Source: a virus
Direction: 5' to 3' (one strand)
Virus record (IMG/VR): IMGVR_UViG_3300024346_000044
Location: 1 to 64,000 of that record
Length of the DNA: 64,000 bases
The notes below the pieces were generated by a model. The model searched no databases and had not been told where the DNA came from. It saw nothing but the letters and a program-made list of their open reading frames with translations. Below, piece by piece: positions 61,471 to 64,000 of the stretch (position 1 is its first letter; every line of letters starts with the position of its first letter). Made by a program: the position numbers and the translations under genes.

Positions 61471-62038
61471 AATAAAAATAACATTAGTTTTAATCCTTAG
61501 TAGTATTATAACTTATAGTCAAATTATAAAAACAGATATTTTTACAGTTAATTATTCTGAAAAATATGAACAACCCCTATGGTTAGAATATACAATACAA
61601 TGTCCAAATGGACATGCTGAAAGAACAGGTATGAATTTTTGGACCCCTAAAGGAATAAAAACATCAGATGATGCAGATTATAAAGATAACATCTATGATA
61701 AAGGTCATTTAGCACCTGCGGCAGCATTTAACTGTGATAAAGAAACATTACTTAAAACGTTTTCATATTTAAATTCAGCTTTACAACATGAAGGATTAAA
61801 TAGAGGACAATGGGCAAGATTAGAATCATTTGAAAGAAGTTTAGCTAACTTTTTTGAACAAGAAGTTAAGGTAAGGGTAGATGTTTTATTTGAAGGTAAC
61901 TTAAAGAAAGTAAAAGGTGGAGCTACTATACCTAGTGGTTTTAAAAAAACAATAATAATGGGAGATATAACCAAAGTATTTGAATTTCCTAATAAAAATA
62001 CAACAGGTACAAACTGGATAGAATATTTAATAAAATGA
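61463..62038 (+). CDS. secreted DNA/RNA non-specific endonuclease (NucA/EndA family)
   Basis: Signal peptide ending YSQ; YDKGHLAPAA, TFSYLN, LNRGQWARLE, IPSGFKK. Confidence 0.88.
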   Translation: MRKIKITLVLILSSIITYSQIIKTDIFTVNYSEKYEQPLWLEYTIQCPNGHAERTGMNFWTPKGIKTSDDADYKDNIYDKGHLAPAAAFNCDKETLLKTFSYLNSALQHEGLNRGQWARLESFERSLANFFEQEVKVRVDVLFEGNLKKVKGGATIPSGFKKTIIMGDITKVFEFPNKNTTGTNWIEYLIK

Positions 62039-62460
62039 AAAAAATAATAATAGATTGGGACCAAATAGATAAGCTAATATCCAGACTATCATATCGGATT
62101 GAAGTTAGTGATGATAAATTTGAAAATATATATGGTTTACAAAGAGGTGGTTTAATACCAGCTGTAATGTTATCTCATAAATTAGGAATGCCTATGACTA
62201 AAGGAGATATTGGCCCCAATACTTTAATAGTTGATGATATTTGTGATAGCGGAGAAACCTTAGACAAATTAGTAAATAAATATCAAACATTATATTCTTA
62301 TCCTTTTAACCTTAAAACAGCAGTTTTACATTATAAACCCCATACTTCATGTTTTAAACCTACTTTATATGCTAAAAAATGGGATAATTCAAACTGGATA
62401 GAATACCCCTGGGAGAGAGAAGATTCAAAAGCTATACAAGATTACAAGGTAAATATTTAA
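62035..62460 (+). CDS. type I phosphoribosyltransferase (Gpt/Hpt-like)
   Basis: GLQRGGLIPA, LIVDDICDSGETL PRPP loop, WIEYPWE. Confidence 0.88.
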   Translation: MKKIIIDWDQIDKLISRLSYRIEVSDDKFENIYGLQRGGLIPAVMLSHKLGMPMTKGDIGPNTLIVDDICDSGETLDKLVNKYQTLYSYPFNLKTAVLHYKPHTSCFKPTLYAKKWDNSNWIEYPWEREDSKAIQDYKVNI

Positions 62461-62538
62461 ATTTATGATCTAAAATTTTCATTTATATATTTATCATCGA
62501 ATAAGAGTTATGTTACACGTTTAACATAAAAAGAGAAG

Positions 62539-62931
62539 ATGAAAATAGGAGAAAACACAGAAATCAAAGTAGATTTAAAAACAATAATAGCAATAGTAAT
62601 GATTACATCTACATTTGTAGGAATGTATTATACATTACAAGCTGATATAGAAATTGCTAAATCAGAACCTAAAGCCGCAATTGAAAGGTTAGAGTATGAC
62701 CTTAGAGAAGAGTGGAATGAGAAGATGATTATAAATTTAGAAGAAAGAGTAGAAATTTTAGAAGAATCTCAGGATTTATTAAGAGAAGAAGTTAAAATAA
62801 CATCTACAATGCTTAAAGATGGTACTGAAAAAGATGATAAATTTGCAGAATTAAATAGGCAAATGGAATTATTAAAAAAACGAAAGCCAACTGTAATTAT
62901 TAAAGAAGTTCCGAAAAAACGTAAATGGTAA
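62539..62931 (+). CDS. single-TM coiled-coil protein
   Basis: One N-terminal TM then coiled coil; late motif at 62487. Confidence 0.65.
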   Translation: MKIGENTEIKVDLKTIIAIVMITSTFVGMYYTLQADIEIAKSEPKAAIERLEYDLREEWNEKMIINLEERVEILEESQDLLREEVKITSTMLKDGTEKDDKFAELNRQMELLKKRKPTVIIKEVPKKRKW

Positions 62932-63167
62932 TGGAAGAAGTATTAGATCTTATTAGAGAGTTTGGACTATCTTTAGTCATAGCAGTAGGAGCTTTATATG
63001 CTTTATATAAATTTTTCTTTTTTAGTATTAGGGAAGTTAAAAATGAATTTGGAAGAAGACATGAAGTAATGGCTAAAAACATGGAGGATGTTAAAGTTAG
63101 TTTAGCTGAAGTTAAATCTGATTTAAAAATTTTAGTTGAATTATTAAAAGATTCTAAGGGTAAATGA
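62925..63167 (+). CDS. single-TM coiled-coil protein (holin/BhlA-like?)
   Basis: EFGLSLVIAVGALYALY TM followed by a coiled coil. Confidence 0.6.
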   Translation: MVMEEVLDLIREFGLSLVIAVGALYALYKFFFFSIREVKNEFGRRHEVMAKNMEDVKVSLAEVKSDLKILVELLKDSKGK

Positions 63168-63364
63168 GATTAAGTTTAAAACAAGAAAAATATCTTTGTA
63201 TGCTAAATCGTTTAGATGCATTTAAACTAATCAAACTCGAACAATCTAAACAAGTCCAAATGGGGTTATCAAATATAAATTATGATTTCCTTAAATTAAT
63301 AGAATGTGAAGATCAGTTAGAAATGATTGACACAGTACTTCAGGTGAGAGCGTTAAGTAATTAA
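63164..63364 (+). CDS. hypothetical protein (66 aa)
   Basis: Overlap-coupled to the previous ORF. Confidence 0.5.
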   Translation: MRLSLKQEKYLCMLNRLDAFKLIKLEQSKQVQMGLSNINYDFLKLIECEDQLEMIDTVLQVRALSN

Positions 63365-63371
63365 AAAATAA

Positions 63372-63403
63372 CGTGTATTATTCACTTATTTTTCGTATAT
63401 TTC
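63372..63403 (+). promoter_or_regulatory. host-type promoter
   Basis: CGTG-N20-TATATTTC with TTCG extension. Confidence 0.5.
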
Positions 63404-63416
63404 CACCAAAACGGTT

Positions 63417-63587
63417 ATGAAAACTAAATACAAAATTTCAATTACAAATTATAATAATTATGGAATACCCATCAGTGGTATCTCAAGGATTATTTCTGAT
63501 TTAACCTTTGGTAAAATTAGAAGATTTCAAAACAAATACCCAGGTAGGGTAGATTTAATTAGAAAGTTAGATATAAAAGAAATATAG
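63417..63587 (+). CDS. hypothetical protein (56 aa), not in the ORF track
   Basis: ATG 63417 to TAG 63587, directly after the promoter motif. Confidence 0.55.
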   Translation: MKTKYKISITNYNNYGIPISGISRIISDLTFGKIRRFQNKYPGRVDLIRKLDIKEI

Positions 63588-63589
63588 TT

Positions 63590-63784
63590 ATGGCAAAATT
63601 AACAAGAACAGTAAATTACGCAAACTTCAGATGGGAAGAATATGTGTTAACAGAAGAAGAATTAGCAAAATGGAAAACAGGTGATGAAGATCTCCAACAA
63701 GAAGTCATAGATGATGCAGATTGGGACCTAGTAAGAGATAAACCAATTGATGATTATGGAGACGTAGAATTCGTAGAAGATTAA
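63590..63784 (+). CDS. acidic hypothetical protein (64 aa)
   Basis: Tightly packed ORF in an operon. Confidence 0.65.
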   Translation: MAKLTRTVNYANFRWEEYVLTEEELAKWKTGDEDLQQEVIDDADWDLVRDKPIDDYGDVEFVED

Positions 63785-64000
63785 TGGTTATATCATTAGC
63801 TTACGGTTTAGCAGGATCAACGTTTTTGGTTGTGTTAACAAACCTATTAATGAAACTATTCAAAAAGTTTAATAATATAGGTTATTCAATAGTATATGCT
63901 AGTTTATTTTTAAAACTAATATTTTTAAGTGGTTTTGTACTAGCAACAAGAGGTGAAATACCAAATCAAATAATATTTGCTGTTGCAATACTTGGAGGTA
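63784..64000 (+). CDS. membrane protein (partial, runs off the window)
   Basis: MVISLAYGLAGSTFLVVLTNLLMKLFKKFNNIGYSIVYASLFLKLIFLSGFVLAT...; taATG coupling. Confidence 0.6.
   Translation, partial: MVISLAYGLAGSTFLVVLTNLLMKLFKKFNNIGYSIVYASLFLKLIFLSGFVLATRGEIPNQIIFAVAILGG

Overview
AT-rich fragment of a large T4-like myophage genome, with all credible genes on the + strand. Order: terminase, portal, prohead protease, scaffold, major capsid protein, a stop-interrupted PhoH, neck and tail terminator, a ~13 kb modular tail-fibre locus, sheath, tube, chaperone, tape measure and baseplate. These are followed by a replication block (divergent family-A polymerase, gp32-like SSB, RecA/UvsX, 5'-3' exonuclease, helicase, NrdB/NrdA), a lysis block, and a 7-deazaguanine operon (TGT/DpdA-like, QueC, thioredoxin, QueD, three tRNAs, QueE, secreted nuclease, PRTase). 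Host-type promoters (NTTG-N20-TANNTT) and the lack of Shine-Dalgarno sequences point to a Bacteroidota host (inference). The most notable observations are: a eukaryote-like RMT2/GAMT-family methyltransferase coupled to the tail-fibre genes; a minimal PolA with altered steric gate and an RNAP-like YDSF motif C; a deazaguanine operon with a PRTase; a 19-copy late-promoter-like motif whose core is the reverse complement of the T4 late promoter; a probable +1/-2 frameshift before the tape measure gene; a 318 bp inter-fibre duplication with almost only non-synonymous changes; and [ST]-[GAS]-S enrichment in virion proteins. All product calls come from motif recognition and synteny; no searches were run.
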